From positions 58,775-122,774 of the forward strand of contig CALYAK010000001.1 in NCBI GenBank assembly GCA_944393505.1: 64,000 nucleotides of DNA, read 5' to 3'. Origin of the DNA: an uncultured Clostridia bacterium (GTDB lineage: Bacteria; Bacillota; Clostridia; TANB77; CAG-508). The translations under genes were made by a program, and so were the position numbers. Below are positions 1-9,945 of this stretch, one piece after another (the first letter of the stretch is position 1; every line of letters begins with the position of its first letter). The notes beneath the pieces are model-generated. The model was not told the DNA's origin, made no database searches, and saw only the letters and a program-made list of their open reading frames with translations.

Positions 1-509
1 TGATTTAATCTTAATATTTTTAAATTTGCATTATTAGCTTCTGTATTTTCTCCTAGTTCAACATTTACTTCTTTCTCTTCTTCTCCAATTTTTATTGCTC
101 GGCTTTGGTTTTCTATTTCTATTTTTTCTCCATCTTCATTATAGAATTCTCCGATTACTAGGATGCTTCCTTCTCCTTTTTCGATTGCTTCCCAACTAAA
201 TTGATGGATTTTTATTTCTTTTTTATTTTTTCCATCTTCCGCTACCCAAGTATATAAGACTTTATCTTCCACGAGATTACTATTTTCTGGTCCACCAATA
301 TATTTTAATTTTGTTGTATCCCAATAAATTTCAAGAGTAAATGCTGCTATTTCCGTATCTGTGATATCAATTGTTACAGTAACTTTCTCTCCTGCTTGTA
401 CAATCTGTTGATCCGGTAATATTTGAATATTTCCGTTTGCTAAACTAATTGAGAAGAAAAATGATAATATTAAAATTATCATGATGATTATTTTTTTTCG
501 CTTTTTCAT
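1..509 (-). CDS. Partial secreted protein (N-terminal signal peptide, cohesin-like beta-sandwich region); 3' end runs off the window
   Basis: Reverse-strand ORF opens at ATG 509..507 and stays open to position 1. Translation begins MKKRKKIIIMIILILSFFFSISLANG. An SD-like aaggtgagga lies upstream. It sits immediately downstream of the dockerin gene on the same strand. Confidence 0.45.
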   Translation of the reverse strand, partial: MKKRKKIIIMIILILSFFFSISLANGNIQILPDQQIVQAGEKVTVTIDITDTEIAAFTLEIYWDTTKLKYIGGPENSNLVEDKVLYTWVAEDGKNKKEIKIHQFSWEAIEKGEGSILVIGEFYNEDGEKIEIENQSRAIKIGEEEKEVNVELGENTEANNANLKILRLN

Positions 510-524
510 AGATTCCTCACCTTT

Positions 525-2780
525 TTATTGTTCTATCCTTTTTATTTCTAATATATGTCGTTGGATAATCAGTAAGTCTAAAGAAGATGGATTTTTCCCA
601 TTTTTATTAATATTTCCTGCTTTCCAAAAAACACCTTGTAATTTTTGAATTTCTAAAATATGTCTTTGTAAAACTAATAAATCAATACTATTAATTTTTC
701 CATCTCCGTTTACATCTCCATAAAGGATGATTTGATATTCCATTTTAATCATTTCATTTTCATCTATTATTTTAATTGTAGAACCTGTTCCAGCTTTTTC
801 TGTACCTTCTATTTTTTTACCGTTTGAATCATAGATTTCAATACGATAGTTTGTATGAATTTTCTCCATAATTTCTTCTACCGTCATTTTTTTCTCATCC
901 CATCCACTTATCTGGTTTTGTTCAATTTTTAAGCTTGCATCAAAACGGATTTCATCATCACCTAATGGAGTAACTACTACAATCTGTACTTCTTTCTCAA
1001 TCTTCTTTTCTTCCGTTTGAATGATAATTTTTGTATTTCCTTCCTTTATTGTTGTTATTTTTCCTGTTTCGTCCACCTTTGCAATTTTTTCATCTTCAGA
1101 TCGATAGAAAACCCTTTGATTGTCAGCATCTTCTGGTACAACAATCGGTTTTAGAAGAAAGCTCTCTCCTATTGGTAACATTAGATTTTCTATATCAATC
1201 TGTAAGTCTGTTACTGGAGTATAAACTTGCACTTCTATTTGGTCAGAAACTTGATTTGCTTTTGCCTTCACTGTAATCGTAGCTTTTCCAGACTTAACTC
1301 CAAATAAATTCCCACTCTGATCAACTGTTACGATTTTTGGATCACTTGATGTGTACACAATTTCTTGATCTTTGGCTTCTGCCGGTAAAATTTCTACTTT
1401 AATTTTTTGACTTTTTCCTTTTTCTATCTGAGCATGATCGATTGATAATTTAATTTCTTCAATTTGTTGATCAGGAACTTCTTTTAAATAATTTTGAAAT
1501 GCATAACCAATCATTCCATTTGGTAATAGCACACGATCCCATAATTCTCCCGATTGTTTTCCTTTGGCGATTCTCGTCATGATAACATCTCGATTAATCG
1601 TTGTGAGCGATTCATAAGAAGTAGATGGCCCTGTTCTAATGTTTAATGTTGTACTAACATCTGCATACACTTTTGTATTATCTTCTATAAAGTCTTCTTC
1701 TTTTATATTGGGGCTTTGCACTGGAATTTCTGGCATATTTTGATAAACTGGAATGATAAAAGATAAGCTATCATCTAGCATTCCTGTGTTTAAATATCCA
1801 TTGTAGATAGATTTTGATTCACTATATGGAGCCAAAACATTTGTCATATATTGATGCCAAAACAATTCTCCTCCGCTATTACTATTTACATGGAATTTTT
1901 GCAAATAGATGGTATCTTGTCCTAAATGAATATAGCTGGATCCTATAAAAATCCCTCCACCTGTTATTGCCTTTTCTTTATTATTCCATGGAATTAAATA
2001 TTTATCTTTTGTTGCTTGACTAGCTCCGTTTCCATCTCTTGCATAACGAAGGCCATTTTTAATTGCTCCCATTGGTTCTGAAGAACTTGTCGCACCAATA
2101 TTGTAAAAGTTATAAAGCCCTTCGAAACCTTCCACCTTTCCACTGATTGAACTGTGCGATAAGAAAGGACCTACTTCTTGTTTTATACGAGAAGCTAAAT
2201 GATAACTACTTACTAAAGACTGTTTCCCCGCTTTTCCTATTAAATCTGAGTATCGTTCTTTCATAACGATTGAATTTCCTGTACTATCTACGTATTCAAC
2301 AATTTTTTGATAAAACTCTGTTCCATATAAAATCTTTTCAATTCCTGCTATCTGATTTGTTTTTTCTTGATAAGATAATCCTTCAAATTGAAAAATACGA
2401 ACTTCATTTAAAAAATTTCTAGGATCCATTGTATATTCAATCGCTTTTCTAGAGCAATCTACCCATCCAGCATCTACCTCTACATTATATTCTCCTGGAT
2501 TTGTGTTCTTCCATGCATCAGAATAAGATTTCGGAACGAGATTTTTTCCAAATTGATTTTCTTGATCAATTACATATTTCCAATCCAAATTTGTGTATAG
2601 TGCAATAAATTCCCAATTCGGGTGTTTTTGTTGTAACTCCAATAAATAGGGTTGATAATTTGTTGGAAATTGATCTATCCCCTCTTTTCTTTCCGCTGCA
2701 TAACTTTCAACCTGAAAAAAAAGAAGAAAAAAAAAGCAAAAAATATTAAAAAAATAAATTTTTTTATTTTTATATCTCAT
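525..2780 (-). CDS. Large secreted surface protein with Big_2-like repeats and a C-terminal type-I dockerin repeat pair (DVNGDGKINSIDLL / NINKNGKNPSSLDLL); N-terminal putative glycoside-hydrolase/autolysin-like domain
   Basis: 751-aa ORF with N-terminal signal peptide. Two calcium-binding dockerin-like 22-mers at the C-terminus. Multiple Ig-like repeats (ITVKAKANQVSDQIEVQV etc.). Confidence 0.6.
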   Translation of the reverse strand: MRYKNKKIYFFNIFCFFFLLFFQVESYAAERKEGIDQFPTNYQPYLLELQQKHPNWEFIALYTNLDWKYVIDQENQFGKNLVPKSYSDAWKNTNPGEYNVEVDAGWVDCSRKAIEYTMDPRNFLNEVRIFQFEGLSYQEKTNQIAGIEKILYGTEFYQKIVEYVDSTGNSIVMKERYSDLIGKAGKQSLVSSYHLASRIKQEVGPFLSHSSISGKVEGFEGLYNFYNIGATSSSEPMGAIKNGLRYARDGNGASQATKDKYLIPWNNKEKAITGGGIFIGSSYIHLGQDTIYLQKFHVNSNSGGELFWHQYMTNVLAPYSESKSIYNGYLNTGMLDDSLSFIIPVYQNMPEIPVQSPNIKEEDFIEDNTKVYADVSTTLNIRTGPSTSYESLTTINRDVIMTRIAKGKQSGELWDRVLLPNGMIGYAFQNYLKEVPDQQIEEIKLSIDHAQIEKGKSQKIKVEILPAEAKDQEIVYTSSDPKIVTVDQSGNLFGVKSGKATITVKAKANQVSDQIEVQVYTPVTDLQIDIENLMLPIGESFLLKPIVVPEDADNQRVFYRSEDEKIAKVDETGKITTIKEGNTKIIIQTEEKKIEKEVQIVVVTPLGDDEIRFDASLKIEQNQISGWDEKKMTVEEIMEKIHTNYRIEIYDSNGKKIEGTEKAGTGSTIKIIDENEMIKMEYQIILYGDVNGDGKINSIDLLVLQRHILEIQKLQGVFWKAGNINKNGKNPSSLDLLIIQRHILEIKRIEQ

Positions 2781-2797
2781 TTATTATTCTCCTCTAT

Positions 2798-3430
2798 TTA
2801 AGAAATCTTCTGTCTCTCCACTGCTTGTACAATCAATCGGTTCTTCGAATAATTTACACAAGTTATTAAAGTAATCACTCTTTTTCCATTGGTTTCCTGA
2901 TTTAGCGGAGCAATATTTTGAGGTTTTACTTTATAAATATCATAAATCTCATACTCGTATTTTCCGTTTTGAGAATCAATTAAATACAATTCATCTCCAA
3001 TTTCTAAATCAATTAAATGATTAAACATATTTTCTTTATTATAATTATGCCCAGCAATGCAGAAATTCCCAATTTCATTGGGCTCTGGTCCCCAAAATTT
3101 CGCAGCACATAATTTCATTCCTTCTTCTGTATATTCTTTTAAAATATAGGTTTCTAGATTTATTTTCGGTATCATTAATTGCGCATCTACCTCGAATCCC
3201 AAATATTCTTGTGAAATTTGAATTTTTTCAGTTTCTTTTTTTATTTCTTTCTGTGTCGTTTCATCAAGTGTTTTTTCTAATGTTACTTCTGTTCTATTCT
3301 GGTCTTCTTGAAGAAATTGAATTTGATTTTCTTGATAAACCCCAATCCCTACACTTATTAAAATGAGAAAAATTCCTCCAACAAAAATTTTTTTAATTAT
3401 TTTTTCTTTTTTCCCTCTTTCTTTTTTCAT
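2798..3430 (-). CDS. Sortase family transpeptidase
   Basis: 210 aa with N-terminal TM segment. Catalytic TLITC motif near the C-terminus. Adjacent to an LPXTG substrate gene. Confidence 0.8.
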   Translation of the reverse strand: MKKERGKKEKIIKKIFVGGIFLILISVGIGVYQENQIQFLQEDQNRTEVTLEKTLDETTQKEIKKETEKIQISQEYLGFEVDAQLMIPKINLETYILKEYTEEGMKLCAAKFWGPEPNEIGNFCIAGHNYNKENMFNHLIDLEIGDELYLIDSQNGKYEYEIYDIYKVKPQNIAPLNQETNGKRVITLITCVNYSKNRLIVQAVERQKIS

Positions 3431-3498
3431 ATTTTCCTCTTTTATTATTATGTAGTAAGATTTCTTTTAGTTTTTTTATACTAAAAGAAATCTCTTTT

Positions 3499-4581
3499 TT
3501 AATTTTTCTTTTGATAAATGAAATATCCTGCAGTTATTGTTGCAATAAGAATGAAAAGAGAAACGTAAATCGTACTACCTGTTTTCGGTAACGTTGTTGG
3601 CATTTGCTCTATAGTATTTGTTTCTTCTTCCATTGTTAAATTTTCTTCTATCTCTGGTTTTGTTTCTGGAGTTTCCTCTGGTTGTTGTTCTGGTTGTTCT
3701 TCTCCTGGAACTTGTGTATTTCCACCTCCATTGATTACTTCATCTAGTACTGCTATATGAAAAGTTTCGCTTGCGATTTCTGCATCTGAATTATCTCGAT
3801 CAATTAATTTAAATGTAATTTGATAATTTCCTGCACCACTAAATAATCCTCTTATCTTTAATTCTTTTCTAACATCTTTTCCTCCAATTGAATCTCCTTG
3901 TATTTCTCCCCATCCACTTTGAATCATATCATGTTCTAAATCCTGTGAATCTGTTGCTAAAAGTTTTACTGTTTCGTTGTCCGGGGTTACTGCTTCTGCA
4001 ATAATTCGAGTGTGTTCATAGTTTTTTCCCATAGATGAAGAAATAACAAGTTCCATGTCTTTTTCTTCATTTTTTTGAATTTCTCCGGTATAATTTAATT
4101 CTATTTTATAATCTTCATATTGTGGTTCTACGACAATATTCTTTTTAATTGGTGTCGTAATATCATCATAACTGATGGATGCATCTGGTGAGCCTAGTCC
4201 TTCCGCTGTAACACTTAAATCGGTAGGGTTTGATGTTACTATTCCTTCTTTTGCACGAAATACGATATATAAATTGTTGCGCGGATTTGATCCTCCTGTT
4301 TCATCATGGAAAAGAATTTGTACTCTTGTCCCATGGTCTGAAATAATCCCACCTTCTCCAGAGACATATTCTAGCAAATTATTATCATAAGCAATATAAA
4401 AATTATATGCTCCTAAACTTTCTCCAAATTCTATATTAATTTTTATTTCTTCGCCTGGATGTACTGTTTCTTTATCTGTCGAAACATTTATATTTGATAA
4501 AGAAGATGCATATAAATTGATCGAAAAAGAAAATAAAAATAAAACAAGAAAAATAGCGACAATATTTACTATTTTTTTCAT
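3499..4581 (-). CDS. LPXTG cell-wall-anchored surface protein
   Basis: Signal peptide. Pro/Glu/Thr-rich stalk. C-terminal LPKTG followed by a hydrophobic segment and KKN tail. Good SD upstream. Confidence 0.75.
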   Translation of the reverse strand: MKKIVNIVAIFLVLFLFSFSINLYASSLSNINVSTDKETVHPGEEIKINIEFGESLGAYNFYIAYDNNLLEYVSGEGGIISDHGTRVQILFHDETGGSNPRNNLYIVFRAKEGIVTSNPTDLSVTAEGLGSPDASISYDDITTPIKKNIVVEPQYEDYKIELNYTGEIQKNEEKDMELVISSSMGKNYEHTRIIAEAVTPDNETVKLLATDSQDLEHDMIQSGWGEIQGDSIGGKDVRKELKIRGLFSGAGNYQITFKLIDRDNSDAEIASETFHIAVLDEVINGGGNTQVPGEEQPEQQPEETPETKPEIEENLTMEEETNTIEQMPTTLPKTGSTIYVSLFILIATITAGYFIYQKKN

Positions 4582-4785
4582 AAGGTCTTCCTCCTTTTTA
4601 TTTTTTATAGTAAATATTATGTGTATTTTTCTTGTTTTTAAAATAGAAACTTTTAGTTTTTTAGGAATAGTTTTTCAAATCTTTCTTTTTTGGATTTTTT
4701 CGACTATTTTATTTATATTTTTTTATTTTCTTTTTTTATTTTACAAAAAATCGATAAAAATCTATTTCTTCGCATTTCCGTAAAG

Positions 4786-4995
4786 TTTTCCACATAGTTA
4801 TCCACAGGGTCTTTTCTTTTTTATTCGATTTTTCTATTATTTTTTTCTTATTTTTTCTAATTTTTTATTTTATTTTTTTAAAATTAATTTTATCAAAATC
4901 TACTCTTTCTAGGTTTCCCTATTTTTTTGTAAAAATGCATTTTTCTTTTTTTCATTTTCGAATTTCTTTCCACAGTTTTCTTAAAGTTTTCCACA
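4786..4995 (+). promoter_or_regulatory. Cluster of DnaA-box-like 9-mers (TTTTCCACA 4786-4794, perfect TTATCCACA 4798-4806, CTTTCCACA 4967-4975, TTTTCCACA 4987-4995) in the T-rich region upstream of the LPXTG/sortase operon
   Basis: Same-orientation 9-mers matching the box variants used at this genome's own oriC (TGTGGAAAA / TGTGGATAA). The motif AAAGTTTTCCACAG recurs three times. Confidence 0.4.
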
Positions 4996-5071
4996 GTTTC
5001 TTCTTACGGGCACCTATTTTTGACAATTTTTTGTATTTTTTTCATATTTTTGTCATATTTTTGTCTTATTT

Positions 5072-5638
5072 CTAAAACTTCATTAATTCTTGATTGATAT
5101 GATCTTCTGCTTCTTTCATTGCATTTAATGTTTCTCCTAACACCTGATCTATTTCCCAACCTAACATTTCAGCTCCCTGCTTGATTACTTCTCTTGAGCA
5201 TCCAGCTGCAAATTTTTTGTCTTTGAATTTCTTTTTTAAACTAGCCAATTCCATATCTTTCGTACTTTTCGAAGGCCTCATTTTTGCTGCCGCAAAAATA
5301 ATTCCTGTTAATTCATCTGTCGTGTATAAAATTTTCTCCATCTCGTGTTCTGGCTTTATATCCGTAACGATTCCATATCCATGACAACAAATTGCTCGAA
5401 TCATTTCTTCCGGTGCGTTTATTTCTTTTAATAATTCTGGAGCTTTTTTACAATGTTCTTCTGGGTACTTTTCGAAATCAACATCATGTAATAAACCAAC
5501 GATTCCCCAGAACTCCTCATCATAATTTAATTTTTTTGCAAAATATCGCATAACAGCTTCCACACATAAAGCATGGTAAATATGAAAAGATTCTTTATTA
5601 TATTTTTTTAATAATTCAATTGCCTCTTCTCTTTGCAT
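5072..5638 (-). CDS. HD-domain phosphohydrolase
   Basis: 188 aa. Has H..HD motif (LLHDVDFEKYPEEH) and a downstream metal-ligand His (CCHGYG). SD ggaggg upstream. Confidence 0.7.
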   Translation of the reverse strand: MQREEAIELLKKYNKESFHIYHALCVEAVMRYFAKKLNYDEEFWGIVGLLHDVDFEKYPEEHCKKAPELLKEINAPEEMIRAICCHGYGIVTDIKPEHEMEKILYTTDELTGIIFAAAKMRPSKSTKDMELASLKKKFKDKKFAAGCSREVIKQGAEMLGWEIDQVLGETLNAMKEAEDHINQELMKF

Positions 5639-5727
5639 CTTGTTTCCCTCCTTTTTTCTTATTTTAATGTTTTTACCTCATTTTTACAAGAAAAAAATCA
5701 CGATTTTTCGTGATTTTCTCCCCTCTT

Positions 5728-7437
5728 TTATTCTGCTTTTACATTTGCATTGGTAATCGTGGTTTCTTCTGTACTAATCGTGTTAGAATTCGTTGTAACA
5801 ATTTCATCTTTTGCTTCCGTTGTATTTACTTTTTTGGTTCCTCTTACTACGATTCTTTCCATTGCGTTATAGGTATCCTTTGAAAGTAATGTTTGTGAAA
5901 CGATTTTCCCTGTAACATCTTTTAAAATTCGATAAGTTTCTGATTTACAACCATTAGCACCTTTTTGCTGTACAATTTCAGTTCCTTCTTCTAAACTAGA
6001 ATCTTCTTTATAGGTAACACTATATGGAATATTCGATATAATCTTTGTTTGAATTTTCACTTCATATTCTACTTCTTCTTTAATTCCTAAAATGCGTATA
6101 TCTAATACTCCATTATTGGTCTTTGCACTAATCTTAATTGGATAGCTTCTTGAATTTTTAAATTGGAAATCAATTGCGCCCCAAGCTACTGTTGCATCTC
6201 TTCCTTCTGGAACATAGGATGTTTTAAAAGAGTGATTTGATCTTTTTACAATTTCCAAATTCGCTAATAAAGCTGCATTGTATAGGGTTGAAGAAACTTG
6301 GCAAACACCACCTCCAACATCTTGCACTACTTTCCCTCCGGAATAAGCAGTTGCTTCTTTATATCCTTCTGCAATTGTCCTCTGTCCCACAATTTTATTA
6401 TAGGAAAATGTTTCGCCTGGTAAAATAACGGTTCCATCGATTTTCTGAGTTGCTAAGTTAATATTGTTACTACGATTTTTATTACTCATATCATAAATCG
6501 TGGAATAACTTCCAAGCTCATTTGGAAAAGCTTCTTCTCCAAGATCATTTGTCGTTTTTTCTGGTACAGTTATTTTCAAAGGAATTGTATATTCTTCTTT
6601 TTCTTCTTGCAATATTTCCTTTGCTTCTTCTAGCGTAATTCCTAAATCCACTCCATTTACATGTGTATGCACTTCAACCGGATCTTGCGTTATATAGGCA
6701 TCTTCCGGCTCCTTATAAATCTCTTCTCTTATTTTTTCAATATCAATTTCATCTGGCTTTCGATTTTCAACCGGTATTTGTATGGTAATGGTTGAATTAA
6801 TTGTTAAATCTTTTAACTTCTCGATAATCTCTTGTTTTAGTTCTTCCTTTTTTAAAACAATTCCTTCTGAACCTCTACGAATAATCAAATTTTCATCTTC
6901 AATATAATAACTACTATTAATCATTCCACCAGGAAGTTTTCCGTTTATATCTTCTAAAGCTTTATCCAATGCTTCCTCATTAATATAGAAGTTTCCTTCT
7001 AATCGTTTCGGACAAATATAATTCCATAATATTGCATAATTATTGGTAATGATATTTCCATCTCTTCCTGTGTTATATGCTTTTGCAACCGCTTCTGTTA
7101 TTTCTATTTTCATTTCAAATTGAGAAGGATTAATTGTGGTCTCATAATCATTATATTTTAATATGATATCCGAAGATATTTTCTTTTCGATTAAATCGTT
7201 TAAGTTTTTTTCCGCCTCTTCTTTTTCCTGATTTCCAACATTAATGTCCATAATCGTTATTCTTGGTAATATCTTAGAATTTGCTATATTAATGAAAGAA
7301 AAAACAATGGAAAAAAGAAAAAGAAAACAAATGATACCAACGAATATAAGTGGATTTATTTTTTTCTTCTCATTCTTATTTTTCTTCTTATCACTCTTCT
7401 TACTTTTTTCTTCTTTACGATCTTTTTTTTCAATCAT
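5728..7437 (-). CDS. VanW family protein (N-terminal TM, C-terminal VanW domain)
   Basis: 569 aa. Lys-rich N-terminus and TM helix. VanW-like core (ILPGETFSYNKIVGQRTIAEGYKEA...GGGVCQVSSTLYNAAL). Confidence 0.7.
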   Translation of the reverse strand: MIEKKDRKEEKSKKSDKKKNKNEKKKINPLIFVGIICFLFLFSIVFSFINIANSKILPRITIMDINVGNQEKEEAEKNLNDLIEKKISSDIILKYNDYETTINPSQFEMKIEITEAVAKAYNTGRDGNIITNNYAILWNYICPKRLEGNFYINEEALDKALEDINGKLPGGMINSSYYIEDENLIIRRGSEGIVLKKEELKQEIIEKLKDLTINSTITIQIPVENRKPDEIDIEKIREEIYKEPEDAYITQDPVEVHTHVNGVDLGITLEEAKEILQEEKEEYTIPLKITVPEKTTNDLGEEAFPNELGSYSTIYDMSNKNRSNNINLATQKIDGTVILPGETFSYNKIVGQRTIAEGYKEATAYSGGKVVQDVGGGVCQVSSTLYNAALLANLEIVKRSNHSFKTSYVPEGRDATVAWGAIDFQFKNSRSYPIKISAKTNNGVLDIRILGIKEEVEYEVKIQTKIISNIPYSVTYKEDSSLEEGTEIVQQKGANGCKSETYRILKDVTGKIVSQTLLSKDTYNAMERIVVRGTKKVNTTEAKDEIVTTNSNTISTEETTITNANVKAE

Positions 7438-7579
7438 AAGATCACCTCTTACTTTTTGTTAAAGAAATCTTATCATAGATCTTCTCTTTTTACAACGTTC
7501 TTTTTTCTAATTTTAACTCTAGACAAGCCTTGTTTTCTTTTGTATAATAAAGTAAATTTAAGTCAAAAGAGGTGTATTT

Positions 7580-8161
7580 ATGATAGGTAATATGATAGCT
7601 AAAATTCGCAAGGAAAAAGGTATGTCAAAAACAGAATTAGCTCAATTAACAAATATTAATATCGGTCATCTTACACATATTGAAAAAGGAGAACGTAATC
7701 CAAGCCATAAAGCTCTAAGATCAATCTGTAAAGCTCTTGATGTTCCTTATCAACAATTGATGTATACATATGACAAAACACTCAGTGAAGATCAAGAAGC
7801 ATATCACGTTACAGAACATATTTCATATAACCGTGTTTTGGCCGTTGACTCTGTTAGTAATTTTATTCCTTGCCCTTCCAATCTACCAAGTGCTTCTATT
7901 GCAATAAAAGTTACAGACGATTTTATGGCTCCCAAATTTTTAGAGAACACTTACGTTTTTATTGAATACAATACAGCACTGAATACAAAAGATTATGGCT
8001 TGTTTTTTTATAAAGGACAGATTTTATTAAGAAAATTCATTATTCGTAAAGATTGTCTTATTTTGCGAGCAGAGAAAAAAGAAATAGAAGATATCATGAT
8101 TTCAGAAGAAGAACCTTTTTATATCATTGGCAAAGTTATCGGTTCTACCTCCGATAACTAA
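7580..8161 (+). CDS. XRE-family HTH transcriptional regulator with C-terminal LexA/CI-like S24 peptidase-fold domain (catalytic Ser replaced: DDFM instead of GDSM)
   Basis: N-terminal HTH_XRE (MSKTELAQLTNINIGHLTHIEKGERNPS). C-terminal beta-barrel S24-like region. SD aagaggtg upstream. Confidence 0.7.
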   Translation: MIGNMIAKIRKEKGMSKTELAQLTNINIGHLTHIEKGERNPSHKALRSICKALDVPYQQLMYTYDKTLSEDQEAYHVTEHISYNRVLAVDSVSNFIPCPSNLPSASIAIKVTDDFMAPKFLENTYVFIEYNTALNTKDYGLFFYKGQILLRKFIIRKDCLILRAEKKEIEDIMISEEEPFYIIGKVIGSTSDN

Positions 8162-8282
8162 TGTTTCGAAACTTTCTTCTAAAATTCTAATTTTTTTTAC
8201 AAAAAATCTTGAATATTCTATTTTTTAATAATATAATTTATATATTCAAAGGTACGCAAGATAAATATAAGGAGAAAGAATC

Positions 8283-8756
8283 ATGGAATTAGTTAAAAAT
8301 ATCTTTTTTAATACAGATAAGTTAGTAGAAAACACCAAAGTAAAAATATCTTACACTGGTGATCTTTTTCAATCAAATTCAGAAGAAGTTTATCTACATT
8401 TCGGTTTTGGAGAAAATTGGGATCAAACAACAGATCTAAAAATGGAAAAAACGGAATTAGGTTTTCAGGCTGAAATTGAATTGATAGAAAGTCCTTTATT
8501 AAATTTCTGTTTTAAAAATGAAAAAAATGAATGGGATAATAATCATAACTTAAATTATGTTTTTCCTATTGAAAAACTAGAGCTTTCTTTAGTTGCTTTA
8601 GACGATAGCGATTCTTTACTACCTACTAGACGTTTAAAGAAATCCTATATTTTTAGTAAAAAATTAAAATTAGCTATTTATAAAATTATTCATTATTTGC
8701 CAAAGTTAATTTCCGGAAATTATAAAAGAAAAATTACAAATTCAGATGAACAATAA
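8283..8756 (+). CDS. Hypothetical cytoplasmic protein (possible beta-sandwich carbohydrate-binding-like domain)
   Basis: 157-aa ORF with strong SD aaggagaaag. No confident family assignment. Confidence 0.35.
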   Translation: MELVKNIFFNTDKLVENTKVKISYTGDLFQSNSEEVYLHFGFGENWDQTTDLKMEKTELGFQAEIELIESPLLNFCFKNEKNEWDNNHNLNYVFPIEKLELSLVALDDSDSLLPTRRLKKSYIFSKKLKLAIYKIIHYLPKLISGNYKRKITNSDEQ

Positions 8757-8785
8757 AAAGATCCACTTTTGTGGATCTTCTTTTT

Positions 8786-9496
8786 TTATATATACCAACC
8801 TCCATTGATTCCGATAATTTGACCAGTTGTATATTCGTCTTCGATCAACCATTTTACACATCTTATGATATCTTGTGGATTTCCTATCCTTTCTAGTGGA
8901 ATTTCTTCTTTTATTTTTTCTTTTTCTTCCTTTGTCAAACTCTGATTCATACTTGTCTCAATTATTCCTGGAGCAATACTATTAACTCGGATATGCGATG
9001 GTCCTAACTCTTTTGCTAAAGCTTTTGTCATACCATCTACTCCTGCTTTTGCTGCACTATAGTGGACTTCACAAGAGCCTCCAGTTTCTCCCCAAATAGA
9101 AGATATATTAATGATACAACCATTTTTCTGTTGAATCATGCTTTTCGCAGTTTCTCTCGTTAAATAAAAGACAGAAGATAAATTCATTTGAATCATTTCG
9201 TCCCAATCTTGATTCGTAATTTCAGTAAATACTTTTACTTGCGATATTCCTGCATTATTAATTAGAACATCGATTCTTCCATATTCTTCTTTAATTTGTT
9301 TGATTAAATTCATTGCTTGTTCCGGAATTGCCAAGTTTACTTTTTTCATTTCCAAATGATTTTTTTGCCTTAATTCTTCTGCAGCTTCTTCAGAGTGAAA
9401 ATAGGTTCCAATTACTTGATTTTCTTTTGCAAGTTCTATTGCTAAATTTTTTCCAATTCCTTTTGAAGCTCCTGTTACAACAATTATTTTCTTCAT
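8786..9496 (-). CDS. SDR family oxidoreductase (FabG-like 3-oxoacyl-ACP reductase type)
   Basis: 236 aa. TGASKGIG Rossmann motif, NNAG motif, catalytic S...YxxxK (YSAAKAG). Confidence 0.8.
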   Translation of the reverse strand: MKKIIVVTGASKGIGKNLAIELAKENQVIGTYFHSEEAAEELRQKNHLEMKKVNLAIPEQAMNLIKQIKEEYGRIDVLINNAGISQVKVFTEITNQDWDEMIQMNLSSVFYLTRETAKSMIQQKNGCIINISSIWGETGGSCEVHYSAAKAGVDGMTKALAKELGPSHIRVNSIAPGIIETSMNQSLTKEEKEKIKEEIPLERIGNPQDIIRCVKWLIEDEYTTGQIIGINGGWYI

Positions 9497-9558
9497 ATTC
9501 TCTCCTAAAAAAATAAAGCCAATAATTAAGAGATACTCTCAAAACTATTGACCTTTAT

Positions 9559-9634
<76 letters not shown>

Positions 9635-9640
9635 ATTATC

Positions 9641-9715
9641 TGGTGACCCCTACGGGAATCGAACCCATGTCTCCGCCGTGAAAGGGCGATGTCTTAACCG
9701 CTTGACCAAGGGGCC
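9641..9715 (-). tRNA. tRNA-Glu (anticodon UUC)
   Basis: Reverse complement GGCCCCTTGGTCAAGCGGTTAAGACA...; anticodon loop CTTTCAC, TTCGATT T-loop, CCA. Confidence 0.85.
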
Positions 9716-9756
9716 ATAAATATGGCTAGGATTTAAATCTTGTTTAAATCCTAGTA

Positions 9757-9832
9757 TGGTGAGCCATCGCGGACTCGAACCGCGGACAACTTGATTAAAA
9801 GTCAAGTGCTCTACCACCTGAGCTAATGACCC
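9757..9832 (-). tRNA. tRNA-Lys (anticodon UUU)
   Basis: Reverse complement GGGTCATTAGCTCAGGTGGTAGAGCA...; anticodon loop CTTTTAA, TTCGAGT T-loop, CCA. Confidence 0.85.
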
Positions 9833-9945
9833 AGATAATGCTTTAAAATTAACAGCTGTTTTATATAATATAATATTTTGGCTTGTTTGTCAATGATTTT
9901 TTTGAATTTTCTATCATTTTTTGTTATTTTGGCTCTTATTTCTTT

